From Octopus sinensis (Eukaryota): a DNA stretch of 64,000 nt. The translations under genes and the position numbers were made by a program. Positions 12,845 to 23,959 of this stretch are shown here, piece after piece; position 1 is the stretch's first letter; each line of letters starts with the position of its first letter. The notes beneath the pieces were generated by a model. That model worked only from the letters and a program-made list of their open reading frames with translations. It was not told the DNA's origin and made no database searches. Where the stretch lies: NCBI RefSeq assembly GCF_006345805.1, contig NW_021835990.1, positions 62,001 to 126,000 on the forward strand. Direction: 5' to 3'.

Positions 12845-15259
12845 TCAATATTGGCATAAATGGCCACAACCAGGGCAGGAATCGTGTTTTGAAAACCACT
12901 GGATCATGTGTTCTATGTGTCCACCATGGTTACACTCCTGACACCAAACTCCCAACTTGTTCACGGGTCCCTCACTATACTTAGAATTATGCATCACAAC
13001 CAAAAACAGCACATAAAACCATATTCACCACAGCTAGAACATCTTGAAGACCCCAAATTCATCATTTCACAATGAGACTCGTTTAGACATCGAGGAATAT
13101 AAGAAGCATGATGCAAACTTAATTCCCCGATCTCTTTATAACCACAAAACTTTACAATCTCCGCCTGTTCAACCCAAAGCTCGAATTTTGCCATCAAATC
13201 TAAAACATTAAGTTCCAAAAACACCCAAATAATGAAGAATATATCCAACAGTTCTATCATGATTCAATTTCCCCCTAAACCAGTTTCCGCCCAGTGTGAG
13301 TATCGTCATGACTGCAGTCTGAATGTCTCCCTAAATCAATACGATAAAAAATAACACCATTTCGACAAAATCTTTGACAGTGTCGGTTACATAGCTGATC
13401 AGAATATCGTGACTATCAGCAACGTCTTTGGAATATTCAATTTTCGGCTGGTTTCGTGGAATCAAATACTGATACGAACTGCCACATGTCTCTTCGTCAG
13501 GGTCAATCTAACAATCCAAATTTATGTCTCAAATACATTTCCAGGCCTATCGGGGAAGAAATCAAGCGGATGTTCGTCTGGAATATAATATTCCCGGTCA
13601 TTCTCTTCTGGGCTATCCACACAAGGACTCTCCTTTTCGATAGTCTCGTAAATATTTTTCAATATCAACCAAAAGTACGACGCCTAAAATATAAATATAA
13701 ACCAACTGTGTTTCTTTCCAGTTTTTTGGCCACATCGGAGTTCCTCTGGCATAAAGCCGGAATTGGATCGCCGTGGAATTTCAGTTTTTTAGCCAATTCT
13801 ATAAACCAAGAATTGCAGTCGCTCTAAACCGGTAACTTGTGGTTGTAAACCTCAACACAAACAATATCACTGCATATACTAGCCTTGCCCCAAAAAGGCT
13901 CAATTGAACTCTTTTTCTTTCTAATTGATTTTTTGAGTGCTAAATTCGTCAGAGTTGATTTGTAGTGTTCCTGAGGTCCGTATTTTACATAAACTAGTGT
14001 TCCATCTGATCCTAGTTGAACACAGTTGTTTAATTTATTCATTGATGGAATCGACGACGGTTTTTGGAGTACAAACCGAGTTAGTCGATAGTTTAAACTT
14101 CCAGTGAATAATTCGTCGCCATTTCGACCTCTCCATGTAATATCCACTGAAAAAAGCAACAAAAATACTTGTCGATCTGTCCTGTTGGCTGGAAATCTGA
14201 GCATGCGGAGAAAAAGGGTTTTTCATATCCCAAATATAAATACTACGAGTTGAACAAGTCGAAAGTGTCAAAAACTGGGTTCTTCTATAAAAAATATTTA
14301 TAAAAACCGTGATCCTGGTCTCCAACGGACTTTTAGGACGCTTTCAGAACCAAGATTTATTCGATTGAGTATTTTAGGCTGTGGATCGAAGTCCCATGCC
14401 TAAATCTTAAGAAAGACGGTCACATAAACGTGATTTTGACCATCTCCAGCGGAAAGAATGACATTATAGTCAGCGTGCCAGTCAATTGAGTTTATTCTTC
14501 CCATATGTGCTTGAAAATCCCAAATTGGTTTATTAAAACGGCGTAAATCCCATATTTTGATCTGTCCGTTGACCATCGCTGTGGCCAAAAAATGTGAACG
14601 TGTCTTTTTTGAGAAACGGACGTCGGATATGTCCGACTCGGCATAAATTGACTTAGTTGGACGTCTACATCTTCTATCCTAAAAATCTAAAATATAAATA
14701 TACGAGAATGTTGACTACTCCGTGTTTACGGGCCAGTAATAAATCATTTTTATTGAAAGGGTCGAATGTCACGTGTTCGACAATGTGGGTATTTTCAGGC
14801 TCTTTAGACACTAATTTTTTATAAATATTATAGAATATGTTTATGTATTAAAAAATAAATAATTAATAATCAATTATTAATTACCGTAACAAGGTGTTCG
14901 TGTGTATGGGTGATTGAGGTCCCAGATATAGCAGCTACCACAGTTGTCAAGAGAAGCAAGGATATTTACTATTTTAAAAAAACAAATTCCTTACAATCTA
15001 CTTTATTCCAACTCATATCCGTAATATTCTCCGTTGTTTCCGAACTCGTGAAATTGCTGAGAAGATCGTGAATTTCCTCGGGAAATCCGGTAGACTGGTT
15101 GACGGAATATACGGAAAAAACTGGCTTATATATAATAAGGCTACTATTTCGACCTCCAAGGGCGCAGTGAAACCCTTTCGAGTCGCAGCTGATGACGCTT
15201 ATACGTCCACGTGTCAATAATTGATATTCTTTACAAGAAAGGTCAAAATCTGGGTCCAT
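12845..15259 (-). CDS. WDR24: GATOR2 subunit WDR24, multi-exon
   Basis: WD40 motifs IKIWDLRRF..AHMGRINSIDWH, SVLKVRWRPG and IYIWDMKNPFSP. C-terminal zinc-binding GVWCQECNHGGHIEHMIQWFSKHDSCPGCGHLCQY* fits WDR24 rather than WDR59. Frame is restored by 22-26 nt introns where checked. Confidence 0.92.
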
Positions 15260-15573
15260 GCAAAATAATTTTTTTATTATTTAAATAATTTTCTTTCGTA
15301 AAATAATAAATTTAAAAATTATATTTTTTAATAAAACCATCATTAAGACTTTGTGAATATGATTTACTGTATTTTGATTAAATGAATTTATAATTAGTTT
15401 TCTTATCAAAATTTGTATCGAAAATCTTAAAAAACAAATATCGATTAAAAAATCGCTTGGTTTAAAAATACAAAATTGTCAAGTAAATTTAAATAATTTC
15501 AAATCTAAATAAAAAAATTCAAAATCGAATACAGCAAAAAGACAAATTAAATTAGACAAAATCAAAATTACTT

Positions 15574-16132
15574 TTAATTCGAAGACCAGTATTTTCCAAT
15601 TGTAAAACAGTTTTCAATAGTACTGAGCAAATTAGTACGATCTATTTTATGCTTAGCAAATTTAAACCTGTCATAGTCTGTTTGAGAAGTTTTTTGTTTA
15701 CTGGCTTTATATAGTAAAAAATAAGACCATAATTTGCTATTACAAGCAAAATAATCAAACAAATGAAACATGAATAATCCAACTCGGCACGGATTTTAAA
15801 TTCTTACATTCAAAATAGTCCCAAATATTAATTACTGTGTTGATTGAGAGTTGGACGTAGTCGTAGGTGATTCCACGGTAAACAACAGAGTGACCGCAGT
15901 TTTCCACAATCTAGTAGTCAAAAGAATACTTAAATGCCATTTTTCCTCTAATTTTTTGCACTTTAAAAAGCAACTTTTTGCAATCAATGCAAATGCTAAA
16001 AGGACGAGAATATTTTCCAGCACAATCCATGAAGGACCCCAACTCTCGGCAGTAGTTTACAAGATGCTTGTTACATGTCGATTTATCAGAACTGAGTGCA
16101 TAGCCTATTAAAACGATCGTCAAGACAAGCAT
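15574..16132 (-). CDS. OSTM1: OSTM1-like type I membrane protein (compact)
   Basis: Signal-like MLVLTIVLIGYALS, then Cys pattern C..CRELGSFMDCAGKYSRPFSICIDC and CGHSVV..VINIWDYFEC, similar to the OSTM1 luminal domain. A TM-like segment (IILLVIANYGLIFYYI) plus a basic tail requires one indel in a T-run. The 3' end is approximate. Confidence 0.6.
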
Positions 16133-16154
16133 TGTGGTAAAGTTTTGAAATAAT

Positions 16155-19100
16155 TTACTTTTGATGGTGGAATAACATTGGTCACAAACACGTTGATTTT
16201 TCGAAGCAGCTGCCAACTGAAGTCTACCTGTAGTACACGCAGCGCAGAATATGGCTCCACAACAATGATGCTACCCGATTAACTACTCCTCTAACCTTCT
16301 TACTGTCAGAGAAAAAACTATTTTACAATTAGCACACAGTCGACAATCCTTATCCAAATGCCACTGAGTGTTGGATACTCGATTGGCTATTATCTAAATG
16401 TCTTGGTTACTCCATGTACCTGAAGGGACGAGTTTTCCGTGGCCAATTCACGGATTCCGGTGGTCAGATCAACGTTTTTGAGTTTCATTGCTAAAAACTG
16501 TTCTCTGGTCTCTTCGTCCCGTTCTTCAATCTTGAGATACCAGAGATTTCTTATATTAATACAGTGAATACTTCCAAATTCGCCATTCTTAAATTCGCCA
16601 ATTCTTAGATTCGCCTTTTCAAAAAAAATTCTAGTTTCAATGGAAATTCGCCAATTCTGAAATTCGCCACAATTTTTTAAAATTTTTAAATAAAAAATAA
16701 AAAAAATATGGATAAATAATACATTTTTTAAAAGTTATTGTTCAAGTTCGAAAAAAGACATGAATTCCGTCTGAGAAAATTGCATGGGCAGATGAAAACT
16801 GATAAAAAAAGTTAACATCGAAGGATTTTTAAATGAATTTCAAAATTTATCCAAGTCCTATACTATCGATGAAATACTATGAATTTCAAAATTTATCCAA
16901 GTCCTATACTAACCAGTCAGTCAACACACAACAACCTTCTTTCTCGCTTGTTTGAATTTGTAGTTTGTCTAAGCTTATTTTGAATGAATTTGTTGATTGT
17001 GTCAGCTCAAAGTTTAATTTTGTGATTGAATTGCAATTTTCGTCATTTTTTGCTGTAAATCAGCATTTTGTATTAAAAGGCAGTCAATCTCCTGTTTTCT
17101 AGATATATGGACAGCGTCGGCTTGGTTAATTAGTTCTAAGTATAGGGTTTTCGGATCAATATAATAATTTTTCGAACCAATATAACTTTTCGAATCATAT
17201 AATAATTTTTCGAATCAATATAATAATTTTTCGAATCAATATAATAATTTTTAAATTAAATAAAATTTAAATTTTATTGACCTGAATTTACTGTTAATGG
17301 ATTTACATAATCAAAATGCTTCTGAATATTCAATCGAACCAGCGATGGTTCGCCGACAAATAATATCTAATGATGTGAGGAAAGTTAACAGTATTTTGAA
17401 AAAATTCTTTAAAACGGGGGAAGTTATTCCATCTAAACGTGGTGGAGATAGAAGGTCTAAGCTAACAGACGAAATGAAACAAGAATTAGTTGATTATGTT
17501 GATGAAGATTGCACCAGATCTTTGAAGGATTTGTGCGAATGGATATTTTTTAAATTTAATTTGAAATTATTACTGAGCACCGTCGCCAAGGCTTTAAATT
17601 CTTTTCATTATACTCTTAAAAGAGTTACATTAATGCCAGAAAGAAGAAACTCAGTTTCAACTATAGAAAGCAGAAGACAATATGCATCAGATTTCACAAA
17701 TTTGGAAGCTTTGCATAATGATAAAGCTTTAATATTTTTGGATGAAGTTGGCTTTAAGGTCGTTACAAGACCTTCTCGAGGAAGGATTCATCACTACCGT
17801 GGACTGGAAAATGATACTGAAGTATCAACTATAATCAGGAAATTTTTGCCACCATACTGTCCATTTTTAAATCCTATTGAAAATGTTTTTTCAGTATGGA
17901 AAAACTTGGTAGTCCGTGGGAAAGCCAAGAATGAAAAAGATCTTAGATGCCTAATTACATCTAAATTCAACGAAATAACAAGTGAACATTGCGGATCCTT
18001 CTACAGAAAGATGTTAACGTATTTGAATAGATGCTCAAATTCTGAAGTGATTCAAGAATAACGATAATTTACTCTTTTGATCTTTTTTTCTTTGAATTTC
18101 TTTGAATTAAAAAATTCTTTGAATTTAAAAATTATTATATTGATTCGAAAAATTATTATATTGATTCGAAAAATTATTATATTGGTTCGAAAAATTATTA
18201 TATGATTCGAAAAATTATTATATTTATCCGAAAACCCTATATTATAAAATAGTATTTACAACCTTAAAAACTGAATTTAAATATTTAAAACGATTCAAAA
18301 CATCGAAAAAATAGCATTTAATATGTTCTCCCCTGTCAGCTGACTCCAAACACAGTTCTTTCAGTTCGACTGATCTAAAATGCAGTCTTTCGGCATTGAC
18401 AATCAAATTTATTAGAAAAAGACGATTCTTCTCGGTTTTTGCTTCCCAAATCCTAATCTGATTGGATTGTGATTAACATTTTAATATCAATTTTTGTTGC
18501 GTAAAATTAAAGTTGTATAAACTTTTTTGTGTAATTCGAATCATTCTCAAATCCATCATTCTGAGACACTCGTAAAACTTGTCAATTGATTCGACATTTT
18601 GTTTCAACAAAAGTAGCAAATTAGAATGCTTGTCCAACGTTCTTAATTGAGTACGAACGGAGAACACGAGATTCGTCATTTTTTCAATAATTGGAGTTGT
18701 TTGGGATGCAAAAGTCTCGATTCTCGACATTGTCAATTCAGTCTGATTCATTAATATCCGGATTCGTCGATTACAGTTAATTACTGGCACAAGAAGACGA
18801 CAAGAATCGAATCAATCTCATCTCGATGGCAAACCAGCCTGCCACGTGTCTCATCAACCAATCCTTTTAGGCCAATAACTTCATCTTTCAATAAATTCCA
18901 AGACCCAATTTTCACTTTATTCACTCTAAGGGAGTGTCCAATTATCAGGTTCTTTAAAACTTGTAAATTTTGACTCATTGAACACTGATTGGCCTCCGCA
19001 ACTTGTTTAATATTCGAATAGGCTAAAGATATGTTCGTAAGCCGTGATTTAAAGAGGCCAAGACAAGTCCATTTCCACTCCGCAGATCTGGCAAGTTCAA

Positions 19101-20600
19101 TTTGACGTATAGAATGAGCAAATGTGGCAATTTCCTCGCTTGTAATTTGGAAATGAGACGATATTAATAGTTTTGTGGTGGTCATCTCTTCACGAATTAA
19201 ACTGGCTGTCCTTTTTAATGACTCTCCTGACAATTTCGACTTTCTCCTGTTGACTGTACAACTCAGGATAATTGAATCAAGCATGTTTTTGGACGAAAGA
19301 AGCGAAGTGGCGAGTTTTGGAAGGAAAGTTCGGATTAAACTCATTTTTTGCTCAAGATCACAAAATATCGACATTTTTTGGCCAAGCTTGGCATTTTCTT
19401 GTTCGGTAAAACTGATTTGTTTGGTCAAATCTTCAATCTATGTAAATAAAGCACGTTTTATTCAACTCGACAGGAGCATTCCAGTTCCTTGCATTTCATA
19501 GCTTCGTCAAAAGACGCGGTTTGTTCGATATTCATAATTCGGACTGCCTCGACTTTATTTAAGAGTTTTTCCTAACAAAAACAAACGACTTTCCGACCTG
19601 TTCTGTCCAGAGGACAGTTGGAGACCACCACACTCACTACACTGAAAGGGGGAGGATGTCCATTTATTCAGTGAGGAGAGGACAGTCAGCCAGATTGAGT
19701 GACTCAATGAATGGACAAACCCGACTGACTAGACTACTCCATTACCAACTACTCATCACATCAATTCCATGTTCAAGAAAGTAAAACTAATATCCAGGCT
19801 GCGGTAATGCCATGAGACGTCTCATCCGTCCCCGCCGACTGGACAAAAAAAGAAATCTGAGTCTCAAGTTGTCCAATCTAACCAAAAAGTGTCTCATTTT
19901 TATAAAAAGTCTAAAAATCAGTCCAAACTTAAGACACCTTCTTGAAATAGTAGTCATACTTTGAATATTGGAGACTGTTGACAAAAAACATTTAATAATC
20001 CATTTAATAAACATAAATGAATTAGAAAACAAGTTTTTTGATAGTATTTGTGTTATTGTCAAGTTTTTTCTTAGCGAAATTGCAAGTTTTTGTGATTTTT
20101 TGATATATTTTTGCAGGTTTTGGGCCAATTTATTGACCCGACTTTTTGAAACTTCAATACAAGTTGATTTGGCATGTTTTTTCATCAAATCGAGCCTTCC
20201 TCTCCAATATTCAATCAGATCGGCCTGCTCTTGTCTAAATCGTGCCAAATCTGCTTTGATCTACTAATATAATACATTAAAACAACAAAATTCAATTTTT
20301 TGATGTGCTTTTCTCTGAAAAGTGCCGATTCTGCTCTTAATTTTTGACATTCTTGCTCCAAGTTGGATTTGTGCTTTTCCAACTGTTTCTTTATTAGTTG
20401 AAGGCTGTCAATTTGTTGTTGCATCACATTTTTGTCGTCGGTCAACAATTCTTGTTGTCCATTCTAGTATATATATTTGTGGACTTGATGGGTTGAAAAG
20501 TGAACTGATAATTCTTCGCAAGTATCAAAATTCCCGAAACATGAAGGGCAGACAAATCCTTGGAGGTCATTATTTGTGGATAATTCGTCTTGTGTTGGTT
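16155..20600 (-). CDS. EEA1: EEA1-like long coiled-coil protein with C-terminal FYVE domain; TE-filled intron ~16531-18300
   Basis: ELATENSSLQ/IIANRVSNTQWHLDKDCRLCANCKIVFSLTVRR..HHC.CGAIFCAAC..RVCDQCY matches the EEA1 C-terminus (ELGRENQSLQI..FSVTVRRHHC). Linking it to the coiled-coil ORFs at 18473-20448 is inference, and the 5' end is not located. Confidence 0.62.
16562..16700. mobile_element. Isolated terminus of a pogo-like element with subterminal AAATTCGCC repeats
   Basis: TA followed by CAGTGAATACTTCCAAATTCGCC and about five more AATTCGCC motifs. Same architecture as the pogo TIR and CTCGCC repeats elsewhere in the window. Confidence 0.5.
17143..18239 (+). mobile_element. IS630/Tc1-superfamily element, internally deleted transposase (ORF 17297..18061)
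   Basis: TIRs TAGGGTTTTCGGAT with TA flanks and arrays of ~21-bp TCGAATCAATATAATAATTTT repeats at both ends. Motifs PSKRGGDR, FLDEVGF, FLPPYCPFLNPIENVF. Confidence 0.9.
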
Positions 20601-21342
20601 TTTTGTTTGCGTTTTTACCTTTTTTTAATTAATAATACACGTTCATTGTGGTCGAAATGATTTATACTTCTCAGCCGGATATCGCCCAAAAAGTACCAAC
20701 ACCAGTCCCTTCCTACCTAACAAACGCAAGAAATGTAACATATTACCCAAATCACCTAGATTGAGAAGGATTCCTCTTCCCTCGAACAGGAACCCAATTC
20801 CCAGCTAACCAACGAAATGAGACAGCTTGCTTCTCAGGTCACAACTACCTAACTAAGCAAAATAAAAGCCCAAATAAGCACATATCAACTAATCAAACGT
20901 GGATTACCAATCCCTTCTGAACTCTAATGGTGATTTAGGAATCATAAACCCACTTGTATTCCTGAAAAAATAATCACCACTAGAAAATAGACATGAACAT
21001 ATTATTAAAAGAGCGGGAAAATATGTAATATATTTTATCGATTTTTCAGAATAAAACAACAATTAAAATATCGATCGGAAAGTCTGGCGGGAGTTTTGAA
21101 CAGTCTTAGTGAGGACAATCAAAGGATAGGCTTTGATCGAGTAGAAGGCGATTGGACTGCTTGATCTCCAAAAGCAAGTGGGGGAAGAAGTGTTGTGTGT
21201 GATGAAGGAGTCCTGTCGAATTGAGGGACCTGCCTTTGGTCGTCGAGCCAAGAGACAAAGCCTCCGTGATTCCAGAATAACAGAAAAAATGGAAAAACAT
21301 GAAAAATGGAATCCGAGAGACTAAGAAGACAACAATTTATAG

Positions 21343-21857
21343 TTAAAACTTTCCTCCACCATACTCAACAGTAGGTATGATATTGGACTTTTCATATGCA
21401 GTACCGTTTTTTTTGCTGTTATAGATCCTTATTTTGCTGATATAAACCTCAAAACATGACTCATCGGAGAAGATAACTTTCTTCCATTCTTCGTCAGATA
21501 TGGCTAAAAATCTGGAATTGATGTTTTTTGATGTTAAAAGAGGTTTGTGTTTTGCAACTCGGGCATGTAATCCAAATGAATTTAGTATACGACCAATTGT
21601 TCTGGGAGATACGTCCACATTAAATTGAGTTTTTGTTATCTCAGAAAGAGACACAGCAGAAATTGAGGGTTCATCCCTCGAGATTAATTGTATTGTGTTT
21701 TTTTGATCTGAAAAGAGTTTCGGTAAACGTCCAGATCCAATTTTTCGTGTAGTGGTGCCTTCTTTGGAAAATTTTCTTGTCACAAATCCCACGGTCGAGC
21801 TGGGAATTTTCAGTATTTTAGATATCTCTTCAATTGTTTTTCCTGAAGAGTAATATC
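21343..21857 (-). mobile_element. Tc1 transposase fragment split by insertion of the adjacent Tc1; N-terminus continues at 23331-23375
   Basis: Joining across the TA restores HLSDFTKGVIIRYYSSGKTIEEISKILKIPSSTVGFVTRK..GSGR..VIFSDESCF..TVEYGGG. Confidence 0.88.
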
Positions 21858-21859
21858 TA

Positions 21860-23328
21860 CAGTGGGCGCAAAAAAAATCCGGTTTTCTTATTTTTCGAAT
21901 TTTTCAATATAAATTTTATATTATTTTTTTTAATTTAGTATCATTTTGAAATGTAAATCGAGTATGTTTTTAATTTTAAGTATTTTTTTATTTTTCATAG
22001 AGATATCTTGAATTTAATTTTAAAATGCGCAAAAAAAACTCGGTTTTTTTAATTATTGAGTCTTTTATTCTCAAAAATTTGAAATTGTTGTCATTTTTGT
22101 TGTTGTTGGATGTCGTGTATTTCAGAAATTGTGAAAGGACAAATTATTCAACTTTATTTCCTTAATTGGACATATAAACAAATTTCAGAAGAAGTAGAAA
22201 TTCCCAGATCAACAGTGGGAGATTACATACGTAAATACAAAAAATATGGAACAACACAGAGACTGTCCGGTTCTGGAAGACCTAGGACATTAAATAATGA
22301 TGATATAAATACTTTATTGACGCTTGTTTCTGACAATCCGAAAAAATCTTCCCGTTGCCTGTCAAAGGATCTTCATTCTTTGACAGGAAAAATCGTCTCA
22401 AAACGAACAATTGGGAATTATCTGAAACAAAAGGAAATATATTCACGTGTGTGTCAAAAAAAACCGTATCTGTCTAAAATTAATATCGAAAAACGATATT
22501 CCTTGTCAAAAAAATTTATCGCACTGAATATGACGTCATGGAAATCAACTATTTTTAGTGATGAATGCTGTTTCGAAATTTTTAATCACAAAAAAAAGGA
22601 ATTTTGTTATAGGAAAAACAACACACGTCTAGAAAAATCGCACTTATCTCCAACTGTTAAATTTGGAGGGGGAAAAATAATGGTGTGGGGATGTTTCGGG
22701 TATTATGGAGTAGGCAATCTAGTATTTATAAATGGAACTATGAACTCAGCAACTTATGTGAACATATTATCAAATAATCTGTGGGAGTCCGCTGCGAAAA
22801 TGTGCTTGAATGAATTCATATTCCAACAAGACATGGCTCCTCCACACACATCAAAGATCACGAAAGATTTCTTTGCCGAAAGAAGCGTCAAACTATTGGA
22901 TTGGGCACCGCAATCGCCAGATTTAAATCCAATAGAACATCTTTGGGCATATATTAAAAGTAAATTGTACGAAAATCCTCCAAAAAATATGCATGAGCTG
23001 AAAGATAAAATTATCGAAATTTGGGAAAATATGCCGAAAGATCTAATACAGAAACTCATAAACAGCATGCCGAGAAGGGTGTACGATGTTTTTATGGCTA
23101 AAGGACGGCATATTAAATATTAATTTGACATTTTTTTAAAAAACCGGGTTTTTTTTTGCGCATTGTAAATTTAAATTGGAAATATCTCTTGAAAAAAATA
23201 ATGAAAATAATCAAAATAAAAAAATAAGAGTTACTTTTCACTAAAATTTAAGATTAAAAAAAAATATTATATCGCACAATATAAAAAAATAGAGAAATTA
23301 GAAAACCGGATTTTTTTTGCGCCCACTG
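21860..23328 (+). mobile_element. Complete Tc1 element
   Basis: TIRs CAGTGGGCGCAAAAAAAATCCGGTTTTCT at both ends, with TA at 21858-59 and 23329-30. Confidence 0.96.
22110..23123 (+). CDS. Intact Tc1 DD34E transposase, 337 aa
   Basis: Uninterrupted ORF with HTH, GSGRPR, FSDECCF, QQDMAPPH and SPDLNPIEHLW. Confidence 0.95.
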   Translation: MSCISEIVKGQIIQLYFLNWTYKQISEEVEIPRSTVGDYIRKYKKYGTTQRLSGSGRPRTLNNDDINTLLTLVSDNPKKSSRCLSKDLHSLTGKIVSKRTIGNYLKQKEIYSRVCQKKPYLSKINIEKRYSLSKKFIALNMTSWKSTIFSDECCFEIFNHKKKEFCYRKNNTRLEKSHLSPTVKFGGGKIMVWGCFGYYGVGNLVFINGTMNSATYVNILSNNLWESAAKMCLNEFIFQQDMAPPHTSKITKDFFAERSVKLLDWAPQSPDLNPIEHLWAYIKSKLYENPPKNMHELKDKIIEIWENMPKDLIQKLINSMPRRVYDVFMAKGRHIKY

Positions 23329-23959
23329 TAATTATTACTCCTTTTGTAAAATCAGATAAATGGATTTTTGAATCACGAAGTGGTGGTGGAAATGGGTATA
23401 AGTGGGTTTACGATTGAACTGGCGTATAAGCTACGGCTTGATCAGGATCTCCCCAGAGAGCTAGACGAACAAACTCAAAACATTCGGCAAGTCCTCTGCT
23501 CATTGCAAAGGGCATGAGAAGTGAAAAGGAAAGCAAGGAGGAGGCTTTCGGTGTCTCGATTTTAATAAAACCTTTTCATATAACTCTTCTCTTTCGGTTG
23601 CTAAGTCAATAAAATCTGTTCGTTCGTTCGTTCGGTATTTGTCAATTTATAGATTTGTTGATTGATCGGATCTAGAAATTGGATTTTTGAATCACGAACA
23701 GCCTCGCCAGTTTGTTACCTCACTAACAGCCTCTCTAACTAATTATCTTAATAATAAAATGGTATGGTGTGTGTCTGTCTGTCTGTCTGTGTGTCTGTCT
23801 GTCTGTCTGTGCACACCCACATTCAAATTGTTACAAACCAGATCAAATTGTCAAAACCTTCCCTTTTGTAGTTATTCGATAATGAGGCACAATAAAAGGT
23901 TGATATCCTCTAAGAACCTTCCTGTCAAAAAATTTTAATAAGAAAGAATATCCTCGATG

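Noticed and set aside
12845-15259. WDR59 identity for this WD40/zinc-finger gene
   Set aside because: No RWD-like region was recognised, and the C-terminus (VWCQ.C.HGGH..CGHLC.Y) and WD(M/V)..PF.P motif match WDR24.
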